The notes under the pieces are model-generated. The model made no database searches, had not been told where the DNA came from, and saw only the letters and a program-made list of their open reading frames with translations. The translations under genes were made by a program, and so were the position numbers. Below, in pieces: positions 1 through 13,587 of a DNA stretch of 64,000 nt; position 1 is the stretch's first letter; every line of letters begins with the position of its first letter. Source of the DNA: the human T2T-CHM13v2.0 reference genome, Homo sapiens. The stretch lies in the NCBI RefSeq assembly GCF_009914755.1, contig NC_060930.1. One strand, written 5' to 3'.

Positions 1-1050
1 GTCTTTATTTATTATAGATTTAAACACTATAGGCATCACAGAGTTCAAGGAAACCAAATTCTATTCTGTTAAAGTTTCAGAGCCAAGTAATAAATATTCT
101 TTTTATGATTTATCAATTTCACTGATTACTAAAATACTGCAATATTTTCCCCCAACATTCCATTATTTATTTTATTATATTCTTATAATACCTTGTGACC
201 TCACTGTCAATCTTGGGTCTCTTGGGACTAAACTGGCCTTTTTGGAAGCAGTTCAACCTCTGACAAGTGATGCCATTTCCAGATATGTAGATTCAGCATA
301 GTTGAATGGAACAGGCAGCCCAGCGGGAGCAGCAGCAAACCGTAAAATCCACAATTTTTAAGTGTCAGGATAAGTATTTCATGGACTCATCCTGTTACTG
401 TAAAATCAGATCAACTGGGAACATATATTCCAGCCAAATTTTGACAGGTGCAGCTACTGCCGTGGCTCTGCTATTCTTTCTCTAATCTGCCCATCTGCTC
501 TCAGGATTCCTCTGATTCTCTTTGAAATATTTAATCTTCCACTTTCCTTATCCTCAAATACTCCACTTTGTCCTTTAAGACAAGGTCCACACAAACAAGT
601 CAAAGCAGAGAGGAGCAGAGCTATTATCTGTAATTAGAGCAGTAAAGGCAACCAGTCTAAATAATTTCATCTTCCAAATTGGTTTTCTTGGCTATATTAG
701 TCTAATTTTTTAATATTCTCTGCATTTTTAAAGGATTTTTCTGTCTGTACATAAGCAAGTAAGATAGCTAGTTGTTAGTAATGGATAAAATGTTGAAATG
801 GATTCATTCATACAAAAGATTTTCATGAGCCTCTGGTAAATGTTAAACACTATTTTTTTCATGGCAGTTCACAAAACATTCCTTGTTTTCAAGAGCTTAC
901 AAAATGTAATATTTTTAGTGATATCTTCATTAGTATTAAATTTTGGCATGAATCATTTTGTTTACTTTTTAATAAAGATCAGAAGAAAAAGTTGTCACAT
1001 TTCTGGTTATGTTGTGTGCCTTGTAGACTAGACTAGAAATAGCTCACAAG

Positions 1051-1112
1051 CTGTATAAAAATAGGAAGTGGGCTGGATTTGGCCCATGGGCCAGAATTTG
1101 CTAATCTTTGCC
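1051..1112 (+). mobile_element. MER58-like (hAT-Charlie) DNA transposon terminal fragment
   Basis: GGGCTGGATTTGGCCCATGGGCCAGAATTTGCTAATCTTTG resembles the MER58 end (gggccggatttggcccgcgggccgtagtttgccgacccctg). Confidence 0.6.
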
Positions 1113-2141
1113 TTAGAACAATCAAATAAAAATGATTTATTATTTTCATTTTTCAGAAAGAACTAGGAGAACTTAGGTCAAAGTAGCAGAGCTTTGAATA
1201 TATTTCTAGAATTCTTTCTCATATTTCTCAAAATCCTATGTGACTCTCCTTTTCTCTGTTGTGCAAGTTTCTAGGAGAGGCCGGCATAAAAGTTACAGTG
1301 TTGAATGAAAAATTGGGAGAGTTTGGGACTCATGAGGCTGGTACCCCCTACCTGCTCCCTGAAAGCATATATGGTTAGCCTGATTCCATTCCCGATTCTG
1401 AGAAAAATAATAAAATGGATCAGGTGTGTCTCCCACCCTTTCTCTTCTTAGTCATAGTCCCTTAGGGTCATAGATTCTTCACACACTTCCTAATATCCTG
1501 GGAAACCCATACTCAAGGAGGAATCCGATATAGTTATACTACATTGTTAATGATGATGCTAGAGATATTATCCTAACCAAGGATTTGCATTTTGACTGGG
1601 GGCAATGCCCTGTGCCAAAATATTTAATATCTTCTTGCTATTTCAGTCATCTATGAATAATACAGATGAGGATAATATTTTTGAGGTTCTGATAAACAGA
1701 TGTCCATTTTCGTATCTGTCCATGAAGGTGACTTTAAGTCAATGTTTCTGAATTTTAAAGTATTACTCACTTTACTGTCAGTCTTACCCATCTTATGAGT
1801 GTCTTTTATTTTTTAATCACTAAAAGAGGAAGATAGGGACTAAATATTTTTATATGTAAATGTTTAAATGAAATAACATTTTATATTTTAGTATGCATCA
1901 TATTTGCTAGTTTTATACCACAGTGCAGTAAATTTGTATTTGTGACATATTCATAAGGTTTATAGAAGTGCAACCAAAAAGACAGCAATATCAATGATTC
2001 ACACAATATCGAGAAATATGGCTTAGACATTTTGTAACATTTTCTTTCAGTGTCAAGAGCAGATAATACGTGAAAATATGTTGGCAGAGAATAGTATGTA
2101 TACACACAGGTGCTTGAGTGTGTATAAAAAGAAAAAAAAAG

Positions 2142-2620
2142 TGTATCAGTTATTTATTTTTGGTAACAGGCTATCCTAAGACCTACTGACTAAGGTAACA
2201 GCCATTTATATGCTGATGATTCTGTTATTTGGGCTGTGTTCAGCTGGTGGTTCTTCTGTTGATATTGCCTGTAGTCACTCCTGTGTCTATAGTCCTCTTA
2301 TGGTTCAACTGGAGCTGGATAGTCCACAATAACATTACTTACGTGTCTGAGAGTTATCTGTAGATATTAGCCAATGTGCCTGTGTTCTCCATGTAGTTTC
2401 TCCAGCAGGATACTACCAAGGTTATGGTAGTATTCCAAAAGAACATCCCCCTCAATGTGTTAGTATCTTTCAGGCCTCTACTTGTGTCATATTTGCTTAC
2501 ATCCTACTGCCAAAGCAAGGCATGCTCCACACTTAAAGTCACTGTGAGAGAGAACTACACAAAGATGTGGATACAAGAAGATGTGACACACTAGGAGTGT
2601 TATTATGGCCAGAAGATCCC
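2142..2620 (-). mobile_element. MLT1 (ERVL-MaLR) LTR, old subfamily
   Basis: Starts TGTATCAGTTATTTATT...GATTCTG...GGGCTGTGTTCAGCTGGTGGTTCTTCTG, typical of the reverse strand of MLT1G/H-type LTRs. Right boundary approximate. Confidence 0.65.
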
Positions 2621-3414
2621 TATCTAAAATAGTTTGTTTAAAGTTGATTTCTTTTTTTACTATTACAGAACAAATACATTCATAATCTATATTACATAAC
2701 TCTATATAGCTGATTTCAAATACTACTATGTTTAATATTTTGTGTTAGGACAATTTAAATAATTTCAATTGTTTTTATAAGATGTTGTGACCTTGCATGG
2801 GGGTGAGGGAACATGCAGTGAAGGTACATTTCAGTTCAGAGGCAATACCACCAATGCTTTATAGTACTTAAGAGAATTTCGGTTAAAAACATAGACTTTA
2901 ATTGCCAACTCTCCCATTTGTTATCTTGGGCAAATTCTGAACCTATGTAAGTCTCAATTTCCTCAACTAAGGTAGTTGATAATAAGAGTGTGGAGGACAT
3001 TATGGATTGCATGAAAGTGTTTCTCCCAGTGACTGCCTCATATTAAACCATGAAAAATATGATCTACTACTATTAAGTAGAAGTACAGAAAATTTTCTCT
3101 GTGTACTCTTCCTAGATATTTCAATGACTCTTTATCTAAATATTAGCTAGCTCAGCCTTTTCCTTATTAATTTAAAACTCATTGAAATTTTGTGATATAT
3201 TATATGGAGTTACCACTACCACAAAAGGGAACAGACAGTATTCCCAGTTGGCCTCATCTTCAACTGGATCTTCTGGCTTGAATACACGTCACTTTCCTTC
3301 TGAAATGAATACTTTCACTCCCTCCTGAAATAAGTTTATATTAATTGGGAATCAAAAATATTTCGTAGTTATTTGTGCATTTCTATTTCTATCTATCCTA
3401 CCTTTTGTAAAGCC

Positions 3415-3600
3415 TAAGGTGGCAGATTTAGTAAAAACAACTGAGTATTTGAGATCAGAGAGATCTGCATGGAAATTTCATCTCTGTCACTTATAACTGC
3501 ATGACTCACAGTTTCAATTTCTCATCTGTAAAATGGATGGTTCTGAGAATTCAAAGAAATAATGTTTGTAAATTGTCCAGTACATATAGCCAGGTTGAAT
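3415..3600 (+). mobile_element. MIR SINE
   Basis: MIR core TCTGTCACTTATAACTGCATGAC...TTTCTCATCTGTAAAATGGA. Confidence 0.65.
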
Positions 3601-4489
3601 AAACAGGAGCCCTTGTAATAAATGTAAAGGTACTTTTGCAGGATTATATGGATTCATTGTCTAATCACAGTCTAAAAAACAAGCGTTATGACATCTTAGT
3701 GTATAAGAATATTTCTGCTGCCAAAGCTATCACTGTAAATTTTAATCAAACATTCCAGATAACTGTGATTACTTTGCATTTCTGTGTCAAGATTGCCTTA
3801 GGACATATCCAAGAACAAATAGCCTACTGTCTGATGGAAATATGGAAACAGACTTTGGAACACTAGCATGCAGCTAGCTCACCATGACTGTTTCTGAAAC
3901 ACTGCAAACTACTTCAAAAACCATAAAAGACAGAAGGAAACATCAGGGAATATTTATGGAAAATAATCAAGAGAAGATAAATTAATTAGCTTTAGAAACT
4001 TCCTATAATAATTTTCAACTTTTATGCCTTTCCAAATGAATATATTATTTTTAGAATTTCAAGAAAAACTATATATCGTAAGACAAATATCTGAGCACAA
4101 ATTGAACAAAACCTCATCTTTTCCCCCACCCCAAATACATGGTCTGGTTATGTTTAGCCTATTTGAAAGTGACATTAACTCTTTAAAGCCTTCAGGTTAC
4201 TATTTAGTAAACAATATCTTCATTCCAATTAATGTTATCTTAGTAGACCAATAGCATTCATGATCTTTCAAGAAATATCAGGATTTTGGAGGGTCATGAT
4301 GTGTTGGGGGTTGAAAGACAAAATATCTACCTAACCAACTCATTTCGAGTTTCTTGTCTCCCTTTATTTCCAAGGTAGCTGATCTAGGAATGCAGCCTGA
4401 AGAAATCAGCACCTCCTAGATACAGAATGAACAGAAGGGCTCAGAAGAAATATGAGGACAAATAGGTAAGCTAAGGACTGGCATAAGAG

Positions 4490-5200
4490 ACCAGATCCCT
4501 GGAGTCTTATATTCTACCACAAGAAGATAGATGATCAACAGTAAACTTACTAATTAAATTATTACATAGCATGTTAGAAGACTGCATGCAACTGTAAACT
4601 AAAAAGGAAAGGCAGGCAAGGGGGATCTAGAATGCTGGGTGGCAAGAAGGGGGAAGGTTGCAAAATTAAATAGATTGATCAAGGTAGGCTTTATTGAGAA
4701 GGCAAGCAAAGACTTAAAGGAGGTGAGGAAACCAACTAAATAGGTATCTAGGGACAGAGAGGTCCAGAGAGAAGGAGCAGTAAGTACAAAGTCCCTAAGG
4801 AGGGCTGTGCTCAGCGAGTTCAGGGATCAGCAGGGAGGCCAGTGTGGCTGGAGCAGAGTGACTGAGGAATTGGTGGTAAAAGAAAGGGTCAGATGGCCAG
4901 CAGGGAGCTGTGCCATGTAGAGTTTATGGGCCATTCTAAAGGTTTGGCTTTTACTGTGTGAGGTTTTACTCTGTTGCAAGGTTTGGAAGAAAGTCACAGT
5001 GCAGAACTTAGGTTTCTAAAAGATCAATCTGTCTGCTGAATTGGGAAAAAAATTATGGTGACGAGGTAAGGGAGATGAGGGTAGAAGTCCATAAACCAAT
5101 TAGGAAGCATCTGCAGTAATCCTGGCAAGAGATGGTGGTGATTCAGTCCAGGATACAGTTAGATGGTCAGAACTATTGTACCCTGAATACATTTTGAATG
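4490..5200 (-). mobile_element. L2 LINE fragment
   Basis: Purine-rich antisense L2 text, e.g. GGAGGCCAGTGTGGCTGGAGCAGAGTGA and GCAGTAATCCTGGCAAGAGATGGTGGTG. Confidence 0.75.
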
Positions 5201-5697
5201 TAGAGCCATCAGGAATTTTTAATGGAAACCATCAAGGACTTTTTGGCATGTCAGCCTCATTTTAGTGTTGTCCATCACTGACTCCAAGTTTCTAATAATC
5301 AGCTGAGAAAACAATTATAATCCTTCTCAGCTGCTCAAGGCAGTACACTGAAAAATTCTTTGATGTATTTGACCTTACAGGTATGCTAGACTGAGGCAGA
5401 AGAGGCTTGAATATTGACTTCATCTTTTAAGATAACTCCCCAGGTAAGACATGATTCCAAGCAATGGAGGAAGAACTTCATCAGAAAATGAAGTAGTGGA
5501 TATGTCAGCTGACAAGGGAGGGACACATAGGTGTGAATAAGAGGTTGGAGTTTAAAGTATTTTGTGTCTTCTGAAGCCTTTTATTTATACCTGTTCTAAT
5601 TTATAGGGTCTTACTTTTTCTTCATCAATACCGTAACTTCCATATAAAAGGAAGTGGTGAAGCTATAACTTCCGTGGACGTAATTCAACAAATTACT

Positions 5698-5988
5698 GCT
5701 GGATGCAGTGGCTCACCCATTTTGGGAGGCCAAGGCAGGAGGATCACTTGAGTCTAGGAGTTTGATACCAGCCCAGGCAACATAGCAAGACTCCATCTCT
5801 AAAAAAAAAAAAAAATTAGCTGGACATGGTGGCATGCACCTGTAGTCTCAGTTACTTAGGAGGCTGGGGTGAGAGGATCACTTGAGCCTGGGTGGTTGAG
5901 TCTGCAGTGAGCCATGATCATGCCACTGCACTCCAACCTGGACAACATAGTGAGACGCTGTCTTAAAAAAAAAAGATAAAAAACCCAC
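5698..5988 (+). mobile_element. AluJ SINE
   Basis: Dimeric Alu with J-type GGATCACTTGAG in both arms and a short left-arm deletion after GGCTCAC. TSD ACAAATTACT at 5688-5697 and 5989-5998. Confidence 0.93.
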
Positions 5989-6264
5989 ACAAATTACTTG
6001 CCCACCCCCAAAGTTTGGGCTTTTTGCCACCTCTGCCCTGAAGTTTAACAGTGAAGCAATTCTTTAGTACATTCACAGAAAGCCTCTGGGTATCAGTTTG
6101 TTCTTTTAGCCCAACATTTGAGGATATGAGCTTATCATGTCCTCTCTTATCTACTTAATGCCACTGAAAAAAGCACCACCCCAGGTCTTCATGTTTTCAT
6201 ACTTTCTTTGTTGCAGTGTGGCCTTCTGCATCTTGCCTTCAATGCTGTGGCCCCTCCTTAGGAC

Positions 6265-6720
6265 CAATTTTTGTTTTTCAGGTTTTCTAGTCACAAGCAA
6301 TAAAACTAAACCAAATTTAAGCTGAAAATGAGTTGATTGGAAGAGAAATTATAGAAGCAATAGAAGTGCTGACGAATTAAGCTTAGAAATGGCAAGAGGT
6401 AAGGCCACTTGCAGTGGTAAACAGCCTAGATCATGCCTTAGAACAGCCTGAGTACTGCTTGAGGCTTCCCAGTCTCTGTTTGCTTATTGGAGGTGACATG
6501 GTTTTGGTCTAGGCCTCCAACATAGATTCCAGCCACTGAATGTTTGTATTACTCCTGCAGGACTGGAACTCCCTAGTACAAACATCCAATTGACAGATCT
6601 TAGGTCATGTATCTTTGATTTGGCTCTCTGAGGGCAAGGAGGGAGTTTCTGGGCCCTTCAGCCTATGCAATCAGAGCCCTCATAACATATGATGAGGGAT
6701 TTTCTCCAACCAGAAAATTT
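6265..6720 (-). mobile_element. Old MLT1 (K/L-like) LTR fragment
   Basis: CAGGTTTTCTAGTCACAAGCAATAAAACTAAACCAAATTTAAGC and ATTGACAGATCTTAGGTCATGT resemble MLT1K/L reverse-strand motifs. Highly diverged. Confidence 0.45.
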
Positions 6721-6904
6721 TGGGGTACAGAGTAGGAAAACATGATAATAAAATAATGCAACTAGAAACATTTAAAAGGAAAAACATTTGTATAGAAATG
6801 CATAATGGTTTGCACCTGTCTTGCATTTGGCCTAATGGACTCACTCCATGCTCTATCTTCAGATACTTTTCTACTTAAAATGTTATTACTGTTGACTTAG
6901 CAAT

Positions 6905-7304
6905 TGTTATGCACTGAATGTTTGTGTCTCCCCAAATTTATATGCACTGAATGTTTATGTCTCCCCAAAATTCATATGTTGGGATTTCATATGAAATCCT
7001 AATCCCCAATGTGATGGTATTAGGAGGTAGAGAGGTAATTTGGTCGTGGATCTGGAGTCCTCTTGAATAGGTTTAGTGCCCTTACAAAAGAGACCCCAGA
7101 GAGCTCTCTAGTCCTCTTCCTACCATGTGAGGATACAACAAGATGATGGCAGTCCTGCAGCCTGGAAGAGCGCCTTCACCAGAAACCGACCATGCTGGCA
7201 CCCTGATATGAGACATCTGGCCTTCAGATCTTTGGGAAATAAATTTCTGTTGTTTATAAGCCACCCAGTCTATGATACTTTGTTATAGCAGCTGAACTAA
7301 GATA
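6905..7304 (+). mobile_element. MLT1A-like solo LTR (ERVL-MaLR)
   Basis: TGTTATG...GAATGTTTGTGTCTCCCCAAA...CCCCAATGTGATGGTATTAGGAGGT...AATAAATTTCTGTTGTTTATAAGCCACCCAGTCTATG...ACTAAGATA. 5-bp flanks GCAAT/GAAAT. Confidence 0.9.
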
Positions 7305-7550
7305 GAAATTTTGTAAAAATTAATTTTTATAAATCACAATAATCTTTTCCCCCTTTCTTTGCTCAATTTTCATTACTTCCAGTGCATAAACATCTATATT
7401 TTTCTTTTCCTTTCCTTTTTAGCTTCTTACTGACTTTCTATCATGTTTCTAAATAATTATTTTATCCAAAACATCATGTAGATATAGTTTTCCTTTCTTT
7501 TCCTATCACAAAAAATGCACTGGTGAGAACGTAAGTGAAGTCATGTATGA

Positions 7551-7853
<303 letters not shown>

Positions 7854-7999
7854 TGTACATTTCATTTTAAATCCTACCTCTGCACCAACCCCTCTACCCA
7901 ACCCCCTTAGCTTTACCACCATCACTTTTAACACTTTACCTCTCCCAGGTGTCCAGGGGGTTCCATGTATGTTGGAGATAGCAATGAACCTCAGAAAGG

Positions 8000-8190
8000 C
8001 TATGCAGTACAATGGCTCCGAATGTGTTATCTGGAGTCAAACTACTGTTATCAATTGTAGAATATAATAAAAATACCTTCTTCGTCTTATTTTTAAGAAG
8101 CTTACATGAGTTATTGCTTGTTATGTATTTAGAACAGTGTCTGTAACATAGTAAACACAGTATAGGTGTAAAGCTCTTATTATTATTATT
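8000..8190 (+). mobile_element. MIR SINE (internally deleted)
   Basis: TCTGGAGTCAAAC...TTAGAACAGTGTCTGTAACATAGTAAACAC MIR 5' and 3' motifs. Confidence 0.6.
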
Positions 8191-8714
8191 AATTAGTGTT
8201 ATCAAGGAACACTAAATTAATTAGTGTTCCTTGCCCCATTATTCTAGGGCCTCTTGTATAATTTCTAAAGTATTAAGATGATGAAATTATCATAATATGT
8301 TCATGGATTTAAATGGTTTAAGATCTTATTCCAATCCAGGCAATGTATCTCTATTTCAACACGAGAGCTATAAAGCCATTTAACCAAAAGAGATGTACAT
8401 ATATTTTGCTACTCTGGTGAAGATATTTTTTAAGAAAATGGGCCTTTGAGTTTTTTGATACTCAGTTGAGGTGACCACTCCACATTTAATGTCTAGAGTT
8501 TTTTTTCTCTTTAGATCTTTCAGTCAGGTATCTTTCCTACCCCCAGATGGCAACATTTTATTTTGAAAGTTTTTAAACATACAACGAAGTTGAACAATTT
8601 TATACTGAATGCCCTTATTCCTACCATTCCTACTATAGAGTCCTATAATTTGCACTTTCATTTTTTTTCCTTTCCTACTACAAATAATAGTGTCCATTGT
8701 TGTGTACATCACTA

Positions 8715-8930
8715 GATTTAGTTGTAGTAGGGAAGGAAGCAAAGAACACAGGCTTTGCCTTCGGAGAACCACATCTGAGTCCCTTTTCTTGGCTTCCAGT
8801 GGTATTCCTTGGGTTAATTTCTTAGCCTGCTAGAGTTTAGTTTCCTTGTCTGTAAAATCTGAGCAATAATATTGACTTTAAAGTGTTGCTGTGATGATTT
8901 CGCTTAATTGCATAATAGACACTTGGCAGG
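8715..8930 (+). mobile_element. MIR SINE
   Basis: TTAGTTTCCTTGTCTGTAAAAT...AATAAT...GTTGCTGTGATGATT MIR core. Confidence 0.55.
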
Positions 8931-10179
8931 TGTTACATCTCTTCTTTTTTGTATTTTTGCATTATTTATTGTAGTCATTTTTGAAATAATTACATTCCAG
9001 ATCAATGGCCTTTCTTTAGTGTTTTCCGTCTACCACATTCATAAAAAAATTGACACAAGTGATTCAAACAACCACGTGGGAAACTAGATTTTGTGGTAAC
9101 TTATTGTGGGTCGATTCATTTTGATTGTCTACTTTTATGACTTTCATGTATTCTGTTTAGCCTTTTGGATCCTTCTCTGTCATTTTAAGTGAGAATATTT
9201 TATTGAGATAGTAATGTCTTCAAACACCTCTATTTTATTTTCTTGGCGTGCAATTGACATTTCTTTCTTTGCTTAAATGTTTGAATCATATTACCTTTTA
9301 ACATATTAAGTTTTGGTATATTCTTTTTTTGTAACCTTTTCCAAATATTATTTTTTCTGTTTAAATATTTTTCTCTCATTTCTATATGTGTAATATGAGC
9401 TCGACATTACCTGAATGCCTATTTTCCTCCAATTCCGATTGCTCATTTTTGTTCCATCAATTCTTTGCAATGTTTCTTGATCTTATTTGTGATGTTTACA
9501 ATTAGGAAACATTTAAGCTACTTTTCCGCCTGGCTCCTTTTTCCATTTGAAAAGACACAGGCATTTCTTTCTTCAATCAAGCTAATCCTTATGCATTTTT
9601 ATATATTTTTCCTCTTGATTTTGTGGCACTTGGTACCATTCTGTTTTTTCCAACTCCTTCCATGTTTTCAAGCTACATTATTGAAATATGCTTATATTCA
9701 CCAAAGTGCTTTCCCCCTTTTAAGTTCTTTATTTGTATTGTATTTGTATGCCCCTCATTTATCCAGTCTAGTGTTAACCTTAACTAATCTACTTTAAATT
9801 TTAATTTTTCTCCTTAAAACCACATTTCAGAAACAAACAATTGAATTTAAACAACTGTTTGGTAAGACATCATTATTAATAAGTTGTTATTTTCAATTTA
9901 ACTTTTAATAAGTTCCTTTAAAAATGACTTGCTGTTTGATGAGTTCTAATTCATATGGTAGCTTATACTTTCACTTTTCCTTATGTATCTTATAAACATT
10001 TTAATAGTACCCAATGATAGATGTTTGGCTTGTACTTGTCAACCAAATAAGTATAGTTAACATTTCAATTATTTGGCATCATTAATTATAAGAAACAGCT
10101 GTGAATCCAACAGTGACTTAATAAAACCCGAGTTTGAGAAATGCAAAAAATATCCTATAAGATGTAAAGACGAAAACCT

Positions 10180-10600
10180 ACTATGTGCAACAAAGCCCTC
10201 TCACGCTAGTACCCATATGAAACCCCATTATGTTCCTTGAGGTAAAACTCACAATTGTTGAGGGTGGGTAGGGTCCTAAGACTATGGCCAGAAGGAGTTT
10301 CTCACTTTCATACTAATCTGCTCTAAACTTCCAGTAATTAGTAAAAAAATTACCACTTAAGTATCCTTACCAGTTTATGGTTCAGTGGATTCTGTTTCAT
10401 GTAAAAAGATCTTGCTGCCATTCTCTGTATTCACCCATCTCTCCAGATTTCAGGGGTGGCAGTTTGCCCTGCAGCCTCAATTCTCTGCTAGGTCAAGAAA
10501 AGTCATCAACTTTTGAGTTCATCCAGCTTCTTTTCTTGTTATAAGGTTTGGAGTGCTCACTTCTAAGCTTCCTGCATGTTGAACCTGATACTGGAAGTCC
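10180..10600 (-). mobile_element. Old L1M (L1MC/MD-type) 5' end
   Basis: Reverse complement reads GGACTTCCAGT...AACAAGAAAAGAAGCTG...GAGGCTGCAGGGCAAACTGCCACCCCTGAAATCTGGAGAGA, like L1MC/MD 5' UTR consensus sequences. Confidence 0.6.
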
Positions 10601-11835
10601 AGGATGTTTTCCAACAAAGACGCTAGAAGGGGATAGCTATATGAAACAAAAACCTTGATCCATACCTTGCACCAATTTCAAAAATCAACTAAAAATGGAT
10701 CAGACACCTCAATGTAAAACCTAAAACTATAAAACTTCTGGAAGAAGTATAGAAGAAAATCTTTGTGACATCAGGTTGGGCAAAGTTTTCTTAGAAATGA
10801 TATCAAAAACACGATCCATAAAAGAAAATTAGATCAATTTCACTTTATTAAAATAAAAAACACTTTTCTTCTTAAGACGTATGCAGTTTAGAAAAATCAA
10901 GACAAGCCGTAGCCTGAGTAAAATATTTTCACATCACATATCTTATAAATGACTAGTATCCAGATATAAGAATAACTCTCAAAATACAATAATAAAAAAT
11001 TGAACTAACTGACTTACACCAAAAAGAGATGTGGATGGCAAATAAGCACATACAACAATTCTAAATATGATTTGTTATCAAGAAAGTGCAATTTAAATTC
11101 ACAACAAGATGTCACTACATACCTATTAGAATGGTTAAAATACAGAGAGAAAACTGCTAGTACCAAGTGCTAGCTGAGATATGGGGCAACTGGAGCTCTT
11201 GTACATTGCTGATGGGAATGCAAAATAGTACAGCTACTGTGGAAAAGTTGGAGGTTTTTTATGAAGGTAAATGTATTTTTATCATAATGTTCAGCATTCC
11301 CACTCTTAGGTAATTTATTCAAGAGAAATTATAAAAATGTACACTAATGTTTATAGCAGCTTTGTCTGTAATGGCACCAAACAGGAAACAACCCAAATAT
11401 CCTTTCGCTGGTGGATGGATACACAAACTGCAGTCCATTCATAAAATGGAATGCTACTCAGCAATGAGATAAAAAATGGACTATAGATATATGTAATGAT
11501 ATGAATGAATCTCAAACTTCTTTAGAACTGTATTATTTTACTCAACATAATCAACACTTTTGATAAATTAAATCATCATTTTGAAAGATTTTGTTTGTAA
11601 CAATGGGACAGAATCAGAACAGTGGTTGTCAGGTAATGGGAGTAGAGGAAGAATTTGACCACAAAGAAGCACAAGGAGATTTTATGAGGTGATGGGCCTG
11701 TTTTGTATGTTGGTTTGGTGAGGGTTACAGAATTCTATGCAATTATCGGGATTCATAGAACTGACGGTAGAGATTTATAATTAAAAAGTGTACATTTTAA
11801 GTAAATCATATTTTAATAAATATGACTGAGAAAAA
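10601..11835 (+). mobile_element. Old L1M (L1MC/ME-type) ORF2 3' part and 3' UTR
   Basis: AATGTAAAACCTAAAACTATAAAACTTCTGGAAGAA, CACTACATACCTATTAGAATGG and CATTGCTGATGGGAATGCAAAATAGTACAGCTACT are L1 ORF2 C-terminal text. Ends near AATAAA and an A-rich tail. Confidence 0.85.
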
Positions 11836-12683
11836 TCAATAGACTATAATCTTTTAATTTATAGGAAACTATAAATTAAAAATTAAACTATAAAATTAAA
11901 ATCAAGAAGTAGCAAAAAAATGTAAGTATAAAATACACATCATTTCCTACTTCTCATCTTCTTAATTTTCTATTATCTCTAGGGCAAAATATTTGGTACA
12001 GGTAATTCATGAGAATTTCTCTCCCTTTTCTAATGTCAGCAACCTTCATATTTAACGTATAACATTTATTAAAGAACTGTTAATATAGCATTTTGTAAAA
12101 CTTTTTTATTGAGATTTTCAGTATCTTTTAATGGATATCATCTGCTGTATTTTATTGTATCTGAACAATATAATGGTGGCCTTACATGTTTCTCAAGGCT
12201 TATAATTTTAAATTAACCATAAAACTGGACATGCTTTATTCTCTGTGCTCACTATCTGCTATTTTGAGAAGGTACATCCACTTCTTTTGCCTCTGCTATT
12301 TTATTCATGAAGCATCGCTTTGGTGGTTCACATGTAGAATCTTTCAATCATGGCTGTTACCTAAGGATTTGGAAAGGCACTATAGAAACTGGTTGGGCTT
12401 TTAACATTTAATTATTTGACTCTCAAAATTTGTCATCCACTGGTATATCTTTCTTTAGGAAAAGAAAAATACATGTATCTGTTTAGTAGTTAAAGATTTA
12501 TCAGTTGATTTGGAGTGCTTTGATCATTGAACAATTCCTCACCTATAGGTTTTGATGTAAAGAGCGACTGATTATCCTTACAATGTACTTGATCAGTTCT
12601 CATGAATTTCCTATCATGAGAGTAAACAAGCAGTAAACAAGCTAGAGTAGTTTATTAATCTAATCGAGTTTTTACAGTCCCAT

Positions 12684-13070
12684 TGTATTAGTTTCTAGTA
12701 CAATAAACTGAGCAATTTAAATAACAGAAATTTGTTGTCTCATAGTTCTGGAGGGTAGAAGTCGAAGATCAGGGGTTGGCAGAGCCACACTCCCTCTGAA
12801 GGTACAAGAGAAGAGTTAGTACGATGCCTCTTTCCTAGCCTCTTGGTTTGTGGCAGCAGAACTCTGATCTTCACATGGTGGGCTCCCAGTATGCATGTGT
12901 GTCTAAGTCTCCACTTTTTATAATGACACCAGATATAACTTACTCAAGTAATACTTCACTTTAAATAATTATATCTGCAAAGATCCTACTTTCAAATAAG
13001 GTCACATTCTAAGGTGCTGGGAGTTAGGACTTCAACATATGAATTTCATGGCAGAACTGAATCCATGACA
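12684..13070 (-). mobile_element. MLT1B/C-like solo LTR
   Basis: TGTATTAGTTTCT...AACAGAAATTTGTTGTCTCATAGTTCTGGAGG...AAATAAGGTCACATTCTAAGGTGCTGGGAGTTAGGACTTCAACATATGAATTT...ACA. Confidence 0.88.
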
Positions 13071-13290
13071 TCTGTATTTACATATGTAAATTGATGTTTG
13101 ATGCCAGAGATAGAGGCTTCAGCCAAGACCAGCCACCTTTTCTGACATGATTTCTATAGCATGGTTGTATACCACTGTAAAAACTAATGAAAGAACATTA
13201 GAAGCAGACCACCCCACTGATTATAGTATTTAGAGGAGGTCACAAAGAAAACCCTTTGATTTTATATTTATTTCTTTTTTAATTAAGCTG

Positions 13291-13587
13291 TTTTTTTTTT
13301 TTTTTGAGATGGAGTCTCACACGGTCACTGGGCTGGAGTGCAGTGGCGCCATCTCGGCTCACTGCACCCTTGCCTTCCAGGTTCAAGTGATTCTTCTTGC
13401 CTCAGCCTCCCAAGTAGTTGGGATTACAGGTGCGCGCCACCATGCCTGGCTAATTTTTTTGTATTTTTAGTAGAGACGGGGGTTTCACTTTGTTGACCAG
13501 GCTGGTCGCGAACTCCTAACCTCGTGATCAGCCTGCCTTAGCCTCCCAAAGTGCTGGGATTACAGGTGTGAGCCACCACTCCTGGCC
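13291..13587 (-). mobile_element. AluS (Sg/Sc-like) SINE
   Basis: Full antisense Alu after poly-T, with CCTCGTGATC. Confidence 0.93.
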
